Shown here in pieces: positions 24,867 to 37,760 of a DNA stretch of 64,000 bases. The notes beneath the pieces were generated by a model, which was not told the origin of the DNA, did no database searches, and worked only from the letters and a program-made list of their open reading frames with translations. Both the position numbers and the translations under genes were made by a program. How positions within the stretch are numbered: position 1 is the first letter of the stretch; each line of letters starts with the position of its first letter. The stretch is from Eledone cirrhosa (Eukaryota): NCBI GenBank assembly GCA_964016885.1, contig OZ024744.1:49104001-49168000 (forward strand), in the 5' to 3' direction.

Positions 24867-25875
24867 TTAATAGTATTAAGGATACTATTTATGGTTATGT
24901 ATATAATAAAACCTTTTATAGTTATATATATTTTAAACTCTAAATAGTGAAAGACAGTAATTCATTACTATCTTATTACCAGTAAGATAAATAGCTCAAT
25001 GTAATAACATCAGTTGTTTTACAGAGCAGTTATATAGAAATTACATGAATCAAAGTTCAGTTTAAAATCATTTATTTGCTTACAATTGTTTCCTCCAAAC
25101 CGAGGTTTGGATTCTTCGGAGCAACTATTTAGTGATTTTTTACATACTTGACCTCCTTTTCAACACAAGAGACATATAAAAACATATGTATATATTGACC
25201 CACAGTGGGTTGACATCCATCATAATAATATAGCATGGCAATTTACATACAAAGGTTACAGTCATACTAAAGGACAAAATTAAAGTTAAAATTAAAATAA
25301 AAATAAAAATAAAACATTGCCAGTTTATGAAGATAAAGCAAGAGGAAAGTTTAGAGTAGTCAGTGTATGAAACAGTCTCACGTGTGGCATGCACGCGTGT
25401 CTTATTTATACAGGATTATAGTGCGGCAGATTGTTACATGTAAAACAAGCAGTTAAAGCAGGCAATCAATAGCATCATGGGGGCTGTATTGTTAAAGCAT
25501 TTTTCACACACACCTGTACGATATATAAGCCCGTTTGTAGAGAAACATTCTACAAGAAGAGTCAGACCTCCAAATCAATGATCTATGTAAGTGTAGTCCA
25601 CCCACAGAACCTGGCAGGGTCTTATTACTATATATGACTCCCGGTAAGCTCTGGGTCATTGTATGTCTGAATGCATGGCAAAGTTAAATATCACCAGGGT
25701 GGTCCAGAGATCAATTCTCTCATACAAAGACATAAATCTGGCCATCAAGCCATACATATACTCATAACTCATATATCACCTGTACATAATTCATTGTACT
25801 CAGCATATAGAATATATAGCCCTTTTAATAAATTAATTACTTAATCTTCTATCTATCCTATGGTGGCACTCCATG

Positions 25876-27316
25876 CACAGGACAATGTTAGCACAACCAA
25901 TTCAGTGCCTACAGTTTACATTAATTATATATTAGTGCAATGTAGTCCAAGTAATTCAAGGCCAATATACCAAACGTAGAAGTACATGGGGATATCTCTA
26001 GGGTAAAAGGTACTATGAGGGTGTCACTATTTGCGTTAAAGTGGATTAATGGGCGTGGAGATGTGGTATATAGTGTGCCCCTGATGCTATTTGCTAGAGG
26101 GGGTGTCGGGTTCAAGTCTGACATTGTTATATATTGGGTTTAAAGTTTTGGAAAGAGTGTCGGAAGCGGTGTTGGCAAGACGCGAACACTTCTGATTTTT
26201 TTATTAAGGAGGTTATGGTTAGAGAAGATGATAGTATGGGTCTCTAGTAAACAGAGGTTACAAAATTTATTAGGTGGTTTGTACGATGTCGCATTACCTA
26301 TCACTTCCCATTTAAGTGTATATGGTTTATTTTTAGTTTTTAGATAGTGAGTGGAGGTGCGAATTGTATCTAGTTTTGAAGCAGTTAGAAGTAGAGCCTA
26401 TATAGGTTTCAGAAGAGTTGTTAGTTGTGACTGTGCATGAGTATATGATATACTTGATTAAACATTTTTTATCTAAAGGGCAGGTTCTATTTGATCTACA
26501 GTTACAATTATTCTGGGTGTTAGTCTGCCGGTTATTATGTTGTGTAGAAGTCTGGGTGGTAGCTATAGGGTTATGGTTATGTGAGTTGTCGTTCCCAGCG
26601 TTATTGTTTACACTAGTGCTATTACTATTATTTCTATTGATATTAGGGTTAGTTGTTATAATGTTATTTTGAAGGTTTATCGTCTGTTGTGATTTAGTTT
26701 GTTGGAAGTAAGAATTAATTTTTCTTTTATTGCTACTAGCTATGTGGTATGCTAAGTTAGGCGTAGTAGAGTAGGAGATTTTAATAGTGTTTTTGTTTAA
26801 AAGGCTATGGTACTTGTGGCCGGATGGGAAGTTTTTATCTAGTAGAAGAAAGCCCTAGGTAGGTTGGTAGAGACGTTTAGATTGAAAGGAGGGTTGAAAA
26901 ATGTATTATTTCTTCTTCTATTTTTGTTTTTTATGTCTGGTGAGTTGTTTCCTTTTATGGTACTATGGTAATTTCTGTGGTGTGGGTTACTTTTGTTGGT
27001 ATCATCCCTATTAGTGTGTGTGTGGTTGCTATTCCTATTACTAAATTTTCTCATGGACATGTGCGAAATAATGTTGTAGCTATGTGTTTTTGTAGGTAGG
27101 AACTCGATCTCTATATCATGGCCTGATCTAGCTAATGCCTGATTATAATATTGTGAGTTTTTGTTAAATATGTTTACGTCATAGGATAGATTAGAGATTC
27201 TATTAGATACTCCCTTAGAGATAGAGTTTATAGATGTAGGGTGGTTAGACTTGGTATCTATGTAAATGAGTTTTTCATTAGGTTTGTGGAAAGGTGCATA
27301 TATCATTGAGTCTGTT
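25876..27316 (-). mobile_element. Penelope-like fragment (RT thumb + GIY-YIG) with possible 13-bp TSD
   Basis: PFHKPNEKLIYI..SNHP, FFNPPF, NNCNCR..CPLDKKC, YIG; GTGGCACTCCATG at 25863-25875 and 27317-27329. Confidence 0.8.
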
Positions 27317-28220
27317 GTGGCACTCCATGATAGAAGGTAATCATCCTGATATGAACACCTTTAGTACTTCTTGATAGACTACACTGTAATTTATAGATAA
27401 GATACTTAAATTTGGAAATTGTTTATAACCTTATATGATAGGGACTCATTTGAAACACCATTAATGTACTTTAGGATAATAAATTTAACTATGAAAATCA
27501 GCTAGTTACCTCCCCTTACGCATTAACTCCCCTTTCGCATTAACTCCCCTTAATCACACACACACTTCCGGAATATAATACAATGTCATCTCTCACAACA
27601 AAAACAACCTGATCTATGAATCGAAATAAGGAACGACAAGCTATGATTTATAGCATGGTTCACCGGGCACCCAATGTTGAATCATCGTGGATTGTGTGAT
27701 GGATATGTAGTCTATAAATTGCGTTTCCGGGATTGTGTGAGTGAGGTGGGTGCGAGGACAGTGGTGCTGTTTTGCTTCTCACTTGTAATATTTTTGATTT
27801 TTTGGTGTTTCTCTACAAACGGGCTTATATATCGTACAGGTGTGTTTGAAAAATGCTTTAACAATACAGCCCCCATGATGCTATTGATTGCCTGCTTTAA
27901 CTGCTTGTTTTACATGTAACAATCTGCCGCACTATAATCCTGTATAAATAAGACACGCGTGCATGCCACACGTGAGACTGTTTCATACACTGACTACTCT
28001 AAACTTTCCTCTTGCTTTATCTTCATAAACTGGCAATGTTTTATTTTAATTTTAATTTTAACTTTAATTTTGTCCTTTAGTATGACTGTAACCTTTGTAT
28101 GTAAATCGCCATGCTATATTATTATGATGGATGTCAACCCACTGTGGGTCAATATATACATATGTTTTTATATGTCTTGTGTTGAAAAGGAGGTCAAGTA
28201 TGTAAAAAATCACTAAATAG

Positions 28221-28269
28221 TTGCTCCGAAGAATCCAAACCTTGGTTTGGAGGAAACAATTGTAAGCAA
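28221..28269 (+). ncRNA. Hammerhead variant with CCGAAGA core; mirror copy 25076-25124(-)
   Basis: TTGCT-CCGAAGA-A-TCCAAACC TT GGTTTGGA-G-GAAA-CAATTG-TA-AGCAA. Confidence 0.72.
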
Positions 28270-28320
28270 ATAAATGATTTAAACTGAACTTTGATTCATG
28301 TAATTTCTATATATATATAT

Positions 28321-28700
28321 CATCATCATCATTTAATGTCTATCTTCCACGCTAGCATGGTTTAGGCGGGAATTGTCCTACTTGAGGCAAGGTTGGTAGG
28401 TTGACTGCGTCTCACTCGTATAGGACTATTTGGCAGGGTTTCTACGGCTGGATGCCCTTCCTAACACCAACCACATTTACAGTGTGGACTGGAAACTTTT
28501 TACCGTGTTACCTACACGGCTACATTACAGCCTGGACTGTTTATTTTGTCGTGACACCTACACAATCTCGATCTCATTATCTCATTAATTTGGACTGGAT
28601 GTTATGGTATCAACTTTACAGAGAGAGGGTAGTGTTGGTGGGAGTGGGAGGAAAGGGTAGGGGTAGTGGCTGGGGTGTATATTTGGTTAAGAGGTGCCTA
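28321..28700 (-). mobile_element. RTE-derived non-autonomous element
   Basis: (CAT)n tail, CTTCCACGCTAGCATGG, TTTCTACGGCTGGATGCCCTTCCTAACACCAACC; same family as 30430-34200 and 35190-35472. Confidence 0.8.
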
Positions 28701-28725
28701 CTGACTAGGTTTCGCTTTTGTACAT

Positions 28726-29640
28726 AGGCAAGGCGGGTCTTCTGTATTACTGCGTAGTGCCAAAGATCTCGGTCCAGTGACATTGTCTTAGAGAGGTGCA
28801 AGTGTGCAAGGTCGGAATTTATCAAATCAGCCCAGTTTTTTCTGGATATACCTACTCCGTAGCTTCCATCAATTTTGATCGCCCTGCACTTTTTTATACA
28901 GTTGTCGTCTTTCATGCGCTATACCAACGTAGTTTTCTCCCAAGTAAACAGCATCTGATCCCTCTTATTCTTAAATTTTCACTTAGTTCACTTATGTTTT
29001 GCAGTTCGCGTATATTACTATTACACATCCAATGGAGCATGCATTTTTCGTTCCTTTCCAGTCTACGCAGGTCCTCTGCACACAATGCCCATGTCTCATT
29101 GCCATGTAACATAGCTGTTCGTATACAGGCATCATACAATCTGCTTTCATTTTTAGAGAGAAACCTTTTGTGGCGAGTTTACTCCTTACTCTACCAGTTA
29201 GTCTTAGTGTACTTCTTCTTGCTTTTAGGTCATGCCTTGAAGGAAGAGATACTCCGTTGGCCGAAATACTGCGAAAGCGGCAAGAAAAAGAACAAGGCGG
29301 GCAAACGAATCGTCAGTGGAATCTGCTATTCGACGGTTACAAGATGCTGAACGTACTGCTAACAGAAGAGCACTTGAAACAGACAACCAACGAACCATTC
29401 GCTGAACTGTGTCAGCTTTGCAATGTCTATCAACAAATCCCAGGGTCAGACCCTAGCTGTTGCTGGTCTTCTTTTGGAAGAGTCATGTTTTTCATACGGG
29501 TAACTATACATTGGCTGCTCAAGAGTGGGAAGCAACACAAATCTCTTTGCATATGCCCGACACGGAAGAACAAGGAATATTGTGTACAAGGAGGTGCTAC
29601 AATCATTGTTTAGGTAGGCGAGGCAGAAGGGGATATACAT
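28726..29640 (-). mobile_element. Decayed RTE LINE 3' fragment
   Basis: YDACIRTAMLHGNETWA..LRRLERNEKCMLHWMC..KLRWY; homologous to 10630-11033. Confidence 0.8.
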
Positions 29641-30083
29641 GATTGACTGAAGAAGGACGATACTGTGTTAGTAGTACAACCAATAGCTGCTATCACACCA
29701 ACAGCAGCAAAAACAACAACAAAAAAGAGAAGGAACGCAATTACATGCTTTTGAAAAATCTTAATGGAAAATTATTTGCCTAAGCACTAAATGTAGACAC
29801 CATCCCCAGGCCGAGGTATTCCGTACTTCTCTGTACTGTTTCAGAAAGGAGGGATAAACATGCCAATCTATGTTTAGAAGGCTGAGCAATGCCAGGTCAT
29901 TCTGCTAGTGATATTATAATATTATAAAATTAAATCAAATTATTTAGAACTACAAGTGAAGTTATTCTTTTCCTTTTTTATACATATATATATATGCATA
30001 TATTTGTATATTGATCTCTCAATTCAGAGAAGTAGCGACTCTACTTGGAGTGATTCTCTGATCTCTGAGCTATGCACTTTATC

Positions 30084-30117
<34 letters not shown>

Positions 30118-30119
<2 letters not shown>

Positions 30120-30417
30120 CAATCGAAAGGTTGTGAGTTCAATTCTCAGACCGGGTGATGTGTTGTTTCCTTGAGCAAGACACTTTATTTCACATTGCTC
30201 CAGTTTACTCAGCTGTAGAAATGAGATGATAGGGACTGGGGTCCATATCATTCCACTGCAAAGTGGTCGGAGGTGCCACAGCAAAAAAAACACTCAGCAC
30301 TCACTGTAAATGAGGTTGGTGTTAGGAAGGGCATTCAGCTGTAGAAATCAAGCCAGAATCAGTTCCCGTCCCACCCTTGCAAGCAGGGAAAAATGGACAA
30401 AAAATGATGATGATGAT
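30118..30417 (+). mobile_element. Composite SINE: tRNA-like head, central core, RTE-derived body and tail
   Basis: B-box GAGTTCAATTC; TCCTTGAGCAAGACACTTT core; GGTTGGTGTTAGGAAGGGCATTCAGCTGTAG; tail CCCGTCCCACCCTTGCAAGCAGGGAAAA..(GAT)n matching 11036-11091. Confidence 0.85.
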
Positions 30418-30638
30418 ATCATCATTACCATCATCACCATCATCATCGTTTAACGTCTTTCTTCCCCCGCTAGCATGGGTTAGATGGGAATTGTTCCACT
30501 TGAGGCAAGATTGATTGGGTGACTGTGTCTCGATTGTATAGGACTGTATCTGGCAGGTTTTCTACAGCTGGATGCCCTTCCTAACACCAACCACATTTAC
30601 TGTGTAGACTGGGAGCCTTTTTACTGTGTCTTCTACAC

Positions 30639-33600
30639 CAGTGGTCGCCAACCTTTCTAAAACCGAGGAACCCTCTAAATATTTTGAATTCTTCACGGAA
30701 CCTATACAATACAAAACTTTTCAAAAAAAAATAATAAAGTATTTATTTATTTTAGTGTTTCATGCGTGTGTATGTAATCGAACACAATTAACTAGTGGCT
30801 TTTCTGCTGCTGCGCCTCATCAGTGAGTTTAGAAAATCGAGGTTCAACACTAGTTAATGCCAGTCTCATACACTCGTCAATTGCTGACAGTTTATTTCTC
30901 TTCTTTGTGCAGATTTCTACCAACTGCGAAAACCCTTTTTCGCACAAGTAGCTAGATGGGAATAAAGTCAAATATTTCAATGCAAGTTGGCTGATTTTAT
31001 TAAACTCCCCAATCAAGAATAAGTCGATCCATAGTTCTTTCTTTCTGCTTTCGAATATCACTTTCAGGTCTTCGTTTGAATTCAAATCCATCAACTGATG
31101 TAAGCATTGTGCAGGTAGTAAATGTTTACAATTTCCAGCGTCATTTTCTGACACTAACTGCTCGATCTCGGTGAACAGGTTTTTTATCCATAAATTTCCG
31201 CTAACAATATCTTTTTCCATGAAGTCAAAATAATCTGAAAAACTTGTGGAAAGCACATTTAAATGAGAAAGAATAATCTTTAGATTGCTGGAGTCAAAAT
31301 CTTCTCTCTTTTTAAGCTCTATTTCAAGGTTTGAAAGTAATGAGTAATTGTTCGATTCAATTCTTTTTATAAAGATGTTTAATTTTGATTGAAAATAAGT
31401 AATAAAATTGATTGGAATAAAAATATCTGCATTGTTACCCTGAAGACACTTATTTAGTTTGTTCAGTTCACCAAAAATGTCTACTAGATAAGCGAGTTGC
31501 ACATTCCATTCATTGGTTTCTAATACACTTGCTCTTTCATCATTCTGTTTTTTTAGAAAAACTATTATTTCTTCTCTCAGTTCAAAAACTCTCTTCATAG
31601 CATCCCCAAAAGACAGCCAACGCACATCATTGTTCAATAACAATCTATTATAATTACTTCCAGAAGATTCACAAATAGATTCAAACATTCTAGAATTTTT
31701 TGCTCTTGCATGGATCAAATTGATAATTTTGACAATGTCTTTCAGCTGGTCATTTAATATTTGAGCATCTCTGTCTTTGAATTTTTTTTAACACAAAACC
31801 TCTCGATGAATCATACAATGATTTGAAATACAATTTGGGGTCTATTCTTTAATTTTTGCAATCAAACTAGAATTTTTACCAGTCATTGCAGCTGCTCCAT
31901 CTGTTGTTATTGAAGTCAACTTGCTCCAAGATACACCATTTTTTAAAAAATACTCTTCAATTTTATTGAATATATCTTGACCTTTAGTTGTGATGTCTAA
32001 TACCAGACAAAATAAATACTCTTCTACTAATTCTTTTTTATCAAGGTCTACAAACCGTACATAGCAAATTAATTGAGCCTTGTTATTAATATCCGTAGTT
32101 TCGTCCACTTGCAGACCAAAACATGCGCTTTTCTTTAGTGTGATTTTCTATATCAGAAGAAATATCAATTATCCTTCTTTTTACAGTATTTGCTGACAAT
32201 GGTAACTGGCTTAATTTTTCTTTGTCCTTAATACTGCAGCTTTCAAAAAGATTCTCTGTAGCAATTTTTATACTTGGCAGAATTAACTGTTCTCCTAATG
32301 TAAATGGTTTCTTGTTTTTACCAATCAAATGTGAAATCTCAAAAGATGTTCTTGTTAAAGCTTTATTTCTATCTGACTTTTTACAAAACAAGTCATACAT
32401 ATTAGCTTGTGATTTTTTTATGTTGTTTTTCAGCGAAGTAAAGTATTTCAGTGACTTGTTTTTATCATTGGTGTGATTAGTATCAAGGTGTCTTTTAAGT
32501 TTTGCAGGATTTAAACAGCTATTTGATAGAACTTTTGAACATAGCAAACACATGGGCTGATCTGGTGTATCTTTTTTAGTGTCAGCTTTTTGAAATCCAT
32601 ATCTAACATAATCACCACACCACTGTCTAACCTTACTGCTGGTATCTAACTTCAGCTTCTTTGCAGTAGACATCATATCAATGTTATTTATCTACAGTTA
32701 AACTTTTAAAACTTTTTAATAAACAAGAGAAATTAAGTTTTTTTAATTACAAAAAGTACTTAAATTAACTTTAATTTTAGATATTTGGAAAAACTTAACT
32801 AGTTAAAAAAAATTTTAATTTTTAAAAATTGAAATTTCTCCATTTTAGGATGGCAAACATATTATTTAAAGTCTTATAATAATATTAAAATATTAGGGGT
32901 TACTGAAAAAGGTGCAAATTTATAAACAACTAGAAGAAATTTTTTTCAGAATCCAGCACTTCCTGCATATACTTCTTTAGGGTCATATTAAATATTATTG
33001 GTAATGTAAATATATTTAAATATCCGCCATACTAAAAGGTGCAAAAAATGCAAATCAGCTGATAGTGTAGAAAATGTGACGATGGTATTGGAAATTAATT
33101 CAGATATCTTCTATCTATTTTGACTCAAAGTTAGATATAATATAAGAAGGCTTTAGGCTGCGTTAAACATATATTAGATTGGAACAAATAAAGTTTAGTC
33201 AAATGTTTGTGTACATATATATTTATTGTATGAAGTAATTTCTCAATTGTGAATGCAGATGTCATCAAATGAATACATAATTGTGTGGCAAGGTTTATAG
33301 TGTATGCATGGAATACAAAATTACCTTTGTTAGTAGTCGAAACTTTACATGCGTTATATTTTCTGTACAAAGTACAACAGAATGTAACGTGTTCTTATTT
33401 AGAATTGTCTGTGGAACTGGATGCATGTTGAAAACGACTAGTAAGCGAGTTCACTCTGTGAGGAAACTTTAGGCGACTTTAAAGCTTTTGTGGGGCCAGC
33501 AGATTAAAACGTGTTCGCTATTGAAAACATTCTACTGAACTTACGTTGTGAGAACAGCGAACTGACCCTGTATCTCGCCTGAGAGACCTCGCTGAACTGA

Positions 33601-34021
33601 AGTTTTCAGTTTAAAGTTATGCTGTCATCGACCAACATTTACTTGTTCGTGATTGGTCAATTTCTAAGTTCAATTAGTGTATTATCAGTAGTAGTCAAAT
33701 CCTCGGAATTCAGAAAACTATGTCTTTCCAAGAATTGATGTGAAATTGAAAGTATTCAATTTCCACGAATCTCAGAACAGTGTTTTTCTGCTAATTCAAG
33801 TGAGAAACTGAAAGTAGTGTTTTCCACGAATTGGAGTGGAGAACCTGTGTACACTACAATAGTACTCGTTCATTTATACATTGCACCTTTGGCATTTTCT
33901 TTGCACCTTTTTCAGAAAACCCAAAATATTAATGGTAATGTAAATATTTATTTTTTTAAGGAACCCGGAGTTTGTTTTACGGAACCCCAAGGTTCCGCGG
34001 AACCCATGTTGGCGACCACTG
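30639..34021 (-). mobile_element. hAT DNA transposon, Buster/Charlie type, complete ends
   Basis: TIRs CAGTGGTCGCCAAC / GTTGGCGACCACTG; exact 8-bp TSD TTCTACAC (30631-30638, 34022-34029) with central TA; subterminal GGAACC repeats. Confidence 0.97.
30792..32676 (-). pseudogene. hAT transposase (ZBED5/Buster-like), one frameshift (~32110) and one stop (31842)
   Basis: BED finger CLLC..LKRHLDTNH; DETTD; TTDGAAAM; HCMIHRE; VRWLS; YLCEKGFS; C-terminal QQKSH. Confidence 0.95.
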
Positions 34022-34258
34022 TTCTACACGACCACTTTAAATCGTGGACAGGGTGTTTTTTTTTCTGATACACGAACTCATTAGTTTGGACTGGATGTTG
34101 TGGTACCAACATAACTTTACAGAGAAAGGGTGGTGTTGGTGGGAGTGGGAGTATGGAGCAGTGGTCGTGGGTTGGGCTGTATGTATTTGGTTAAGCGGGG
34201 CCTACATATATATATGTGTGTGTGTGTGTGCATGTGTGTATGTATATATATGTATATA

Positions 34259-35185
34259 CAGGGTGTGGACGATATTTGTTCGCAATTTTCAACTGCAAAT
34301 TTTATGCAAATTCTTTTTACTTCCGTTGTCACTCTTGTCTTCATAAAAACAGTGACTCATACAAGATGAGGAAAGGACAATTTCTGTCAAAGGCGATGCA
34401 AGAAAAGCGACTGAAGCACGCAAAGAAACTGATCAACAAGTTGAAACACCCTCTGGAACCAGACATGCTGTGGTTTTTCTCCGAAGAGAAAAACTTCTGC
34501 CAAGACCAGAAGATCAACTCCCAGAACAATAGGTGGCTCGCTGTCTCATCCTAAGACGTGCCCAGAATCATGCAGACAAAGTTTCCAGTGACAACATTGG
34601 TCTTAGGTGTCGTCAGCAGTCAAGGTGACGTGATACCACCTCACTTCTTCCCTGAGGGCCTCAAGCTGAATACCGATGGCTACATCCGCGTTCTGAGCAA
34701 GGTAGTAAAGCCCTGGATCAACCAGGTAGCTGCAGGTAGGCCGTACGTGTGGCAGCACGACTCAGCGCCCTGCCATACCAGCTGAAAGACCCAAGCCTGG
34801 CTGTCAGAGAACTTCGTCGACCACACTTCACCTGACATCTGGCCTCCCAGCTCGCCTGACTGCAACCCCCTCGACTTCTTTGTGTGGGGCGCAGTGGAAC
34901 GAGACACCAACAGATCTAGCTGCAATACGAAAGACGATCTGAAGGCCAGGATCACAAGTGCCTTTAGGAGCTTAAGTTGGGGGACAGTGACGAAGGCCTG
35001 TAGCTGGTTCCGAGGCCGCCTTGAGGCCGTCATCAAAGCCAATGGCGGGTTTATCGAGTGAGATCGAAAGAACAAGTCATGAAGACAAACTGACCCAAGT
35101 TTGATAAATATATCTTAAAAAATAAAACTACTGTATTATTTTTTCCTAGACAGTAATCTTGCGAACAAATATCGTCCGGACCCTG
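34259..35185 (+). mobile_element. Internally deleted Tc1/mariner element, DD37D (maT-like)
   Basis: TIRs CAGGGTGTGGACGATATTTGTTCGCAA / TTGCGAACAAATATCGTCCGGACCCTG, TA flanks; WFFSEEKNF, WQHDSAPCH, 37 residues to WPPSSPDCNPLD; N-terminal DNA-binding part missing, two stops. Confidence 0.92.
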
Positions 35186-35189
35186 TATA

Positions 35190-35472
35190 TACCACAACAT
35201 CCAGTCCAAACTAATGAGGTCGTGTAGGTGTCACGACAAAAAAACACACAGTCCACGCTGTAATGTGGCCGTGTAGGTAACATGCTAAAAAGCTCCCAGT
35301 CCACACTGTAAATGTGGTTGTTGTTAGGAAGGGCATCCAGCCGTAGACAACCTGCTAGATAGTCCTATAAGAGCAAGACACGGTCACCCGACCAATCCTG
35401 CCTCAAGTGGGACAATTCCCATCTAACCCATGCTAGCGTGGAAGATAGACGTTAAACGATGATGATGATGAT
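35190..35472 (+). mobile_element. RTE-derived non-autonomous element, 5'-truncated
   Basis: GTTAGGAAGGGCATCCAGCCGTAG core; CCATGCTAGCGTGGAAGATAGACGTTAAAC(GAT)n tail. Confidence 0.82.
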
Positions 35473-35929
35473 GTTGATGCATATATATATATATACACAC
35501 ACATGTGCACATATATATATATATTTATTTATGTGTGTGTATCCCGGGTTCAATCAGGGGTATCCACAGTAAGTAAGGTACTCAATACATAGTAGAGTAT
35601 ATACAATCTTTAATACAGGACTAGAACTGTTTCATTTTGAAGGAAATCACCAGGAAATCTGACTGTCATTGTGATATGGTGGTATTTATACGTTTTCATG
35701 TGGTAGAGGAAGGTGGTGATTGGGAAGGGTGGAGGTCATTGGCCAAGGGATTTTAAGAACAGATTCTTTTGAAAAATTATATTTATAGAAATATACACAG
35801 AAAAACAAAGGCAAATGTAAAAGGCATTGACACTAAGTACCTATACACAAACACATACATACGGACAACCACACCTATTTTAAGGTCTATTTATTCTAAG
35901 CAAACAGACGGATTTCATTAAGTTGCTAT

Positions 35930-36580
35930 ATTAACATACTCTGCTCAACAAGGGTAAAACAGAGTACATATCAAACCGTACAGGTAACAGCATCAAAGCA
36001 ATCAATGGCAGTGATATCAAGCAAGTCAAGGATTCCAAGTATCTTGGGTCCTGGATCATGGACCCTGAGAAGGATTTCACCACCAGAAAGGCCCAAGCAT
36101 GGTTAGCTTGCAACAAGATGGATCGAGTTTGGCGCTCAAATCTTTCCAACCACACCAAGATCAGACTCTTCCAAGTAACAATTCAACTAATCTTGCTATA
36201 TGGAAGTGAAATATGGTTGCTTTCATCCAAACAACAAGAGCACCTTGATGGCACCTACACTCGCCTACTTTGATGCATGGTGACATGACTTTGAAAGAAA
36301 TATATGCCAGCTCCCACACATATCTGTCGTTGTACGTAAAAGGAGAGTAAGATTTGCTGGCCACTGCCATCGTGCCACCTATGAGGCTGTGTCCCCATTA
36401 GTGCTTTGGAAACCACAAACGGTCACTAATAATGGGGGACGTAAGCTCTACTATCCCGATGTCATCTCCAGAAATTCTGGTATTGAAATCCATGATTTAT
36501 CAGTGGCAATGAACGACAGACCCACGTGGAGATCAATTGTTGAATCCATTTCGGGTGAGGCCACCAGATGATGATGTTGA
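35930..36580 (+). mobile_element. RTE-group LINE 3' fragment
   Basis: KYLGSW, RKAQAWLACNKMDRVWRS, LLYGSEIW, LDGTYTRLL, LWKP; (GAT)n tail; related to 4266-5550. Confidence 0.8.
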
Positions 36581-37363
36581 TATCCCGTTTGGTACATTTC
36601 CTGTGGTATTTGAACTTTTCACACCTACCCAAAGAATCAGTAATATTCAAAACAATCCCATTTTCTTCCTACCCACTCTAGCCTAGTCTTAATCTCTACC
36701 TTCTCCTTTTCTGTCCTTCTCTTTATACCTTCTCTATCTCCATATATGGTAAACATCAAAACCTTCACCTACAACAATGGCCAAAGAATAATTGTTCCAC
36801 ATCACATCACACAGATTGCTAGTGTGAAACTCTTTACCCCCACTCCCTCTCCTCTACTATTGCACTAACAGACTGTATTTCAGGCTATTTTTAACTTATT
36901 TACATTTTCTTAAATGAAAATCTCATTACTGAATTCTACTTCGTGGTGAACAGTTAAATTCCACTACCATAGGCTTTCTGATAAATAATTATGTATTGCA
37001 TATGATTGCACAATATATATTGTAGTCAGCATATAATAGACACAGAAACATACATCAAAGCAAATAAAATTCATAATCTTTTCACGCTGACAATTTATTT
37101 TTTGATGCAATACTTGCTTATATATATCATCATCAGCATGATCATACATCATACATACACACACATCTGTCTATACCCACAAACACACATGCACATATAC
37201 AAACAACTGAAATATCAAATCTCACCCATATTTGAATGGACAAAGTTTTTGTTATCAGTTGGTCAGATATTTATATATATATAAACATACAAGCACACAC
37301 ACATATGCATAAATGCACATATACAAAGACACATACTTATATATCTCTCTCCTATATAATCAC

Positions 37364-37394
<31 letters not shown>

Positions 37395-37716
37395 AATATC
37401 TATATACATAAATGGCAATTTCTTACGTATATTTCATTTTAATCAAAGGGTTTCCCGGGAACACAAACCCCAGATGTTTCAACAGTATGTTTATATACAT
37501 ATATATATATATATTTCGTTTCTGAATTTATTTAGCAAGATTCTTTATCTGAAATCGTGTGTTGAAGCCGATATTGTTATACTTTGGGAGGGTCATGTTG
37601 CCAATAAGAAACACACGCACCAGTTGCTTTCACTTCAATTTATTATAATAAATTTTTAAATTTATAAATTTCTGGTTGGTTGGTTGGTTCCACAACCAGA
37701 TAGTTGTTTATATATT

Positions 37717-37760
37717 GTCATAGTTCTTTCGTCACACACTCTGTGACCTCTTCAGTGACT
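37717..37760 (-). ncRNA. Minimal hammerhead ribozyme (19348 design)
   Basis: Reverse complement of AGTCA-CTGAAGA-G-GTCACA..TGTGAC-GAAA-GAAC-TA-TGAC. Confidence 0.8.

Larger units (their letters stand above)
25032..28312. repeat. ~510-bp non-coding inverted repeats (25032-25546 / 27805-28312) each ending in a hammerhead-like motif
   Basis: Mirror ORF translations 25140-25394(-) and 27959-28216(+) confirm the arms are near-identical. Confidence 0.93.
30430..34200 (-). mobile_element. RTE-derived non-autonomous element split by the hAT insertion (30430-30638 + 34022-34200)
   Basis: Joined halves align with the 28321-28700 copy. Confidence 0.8.
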
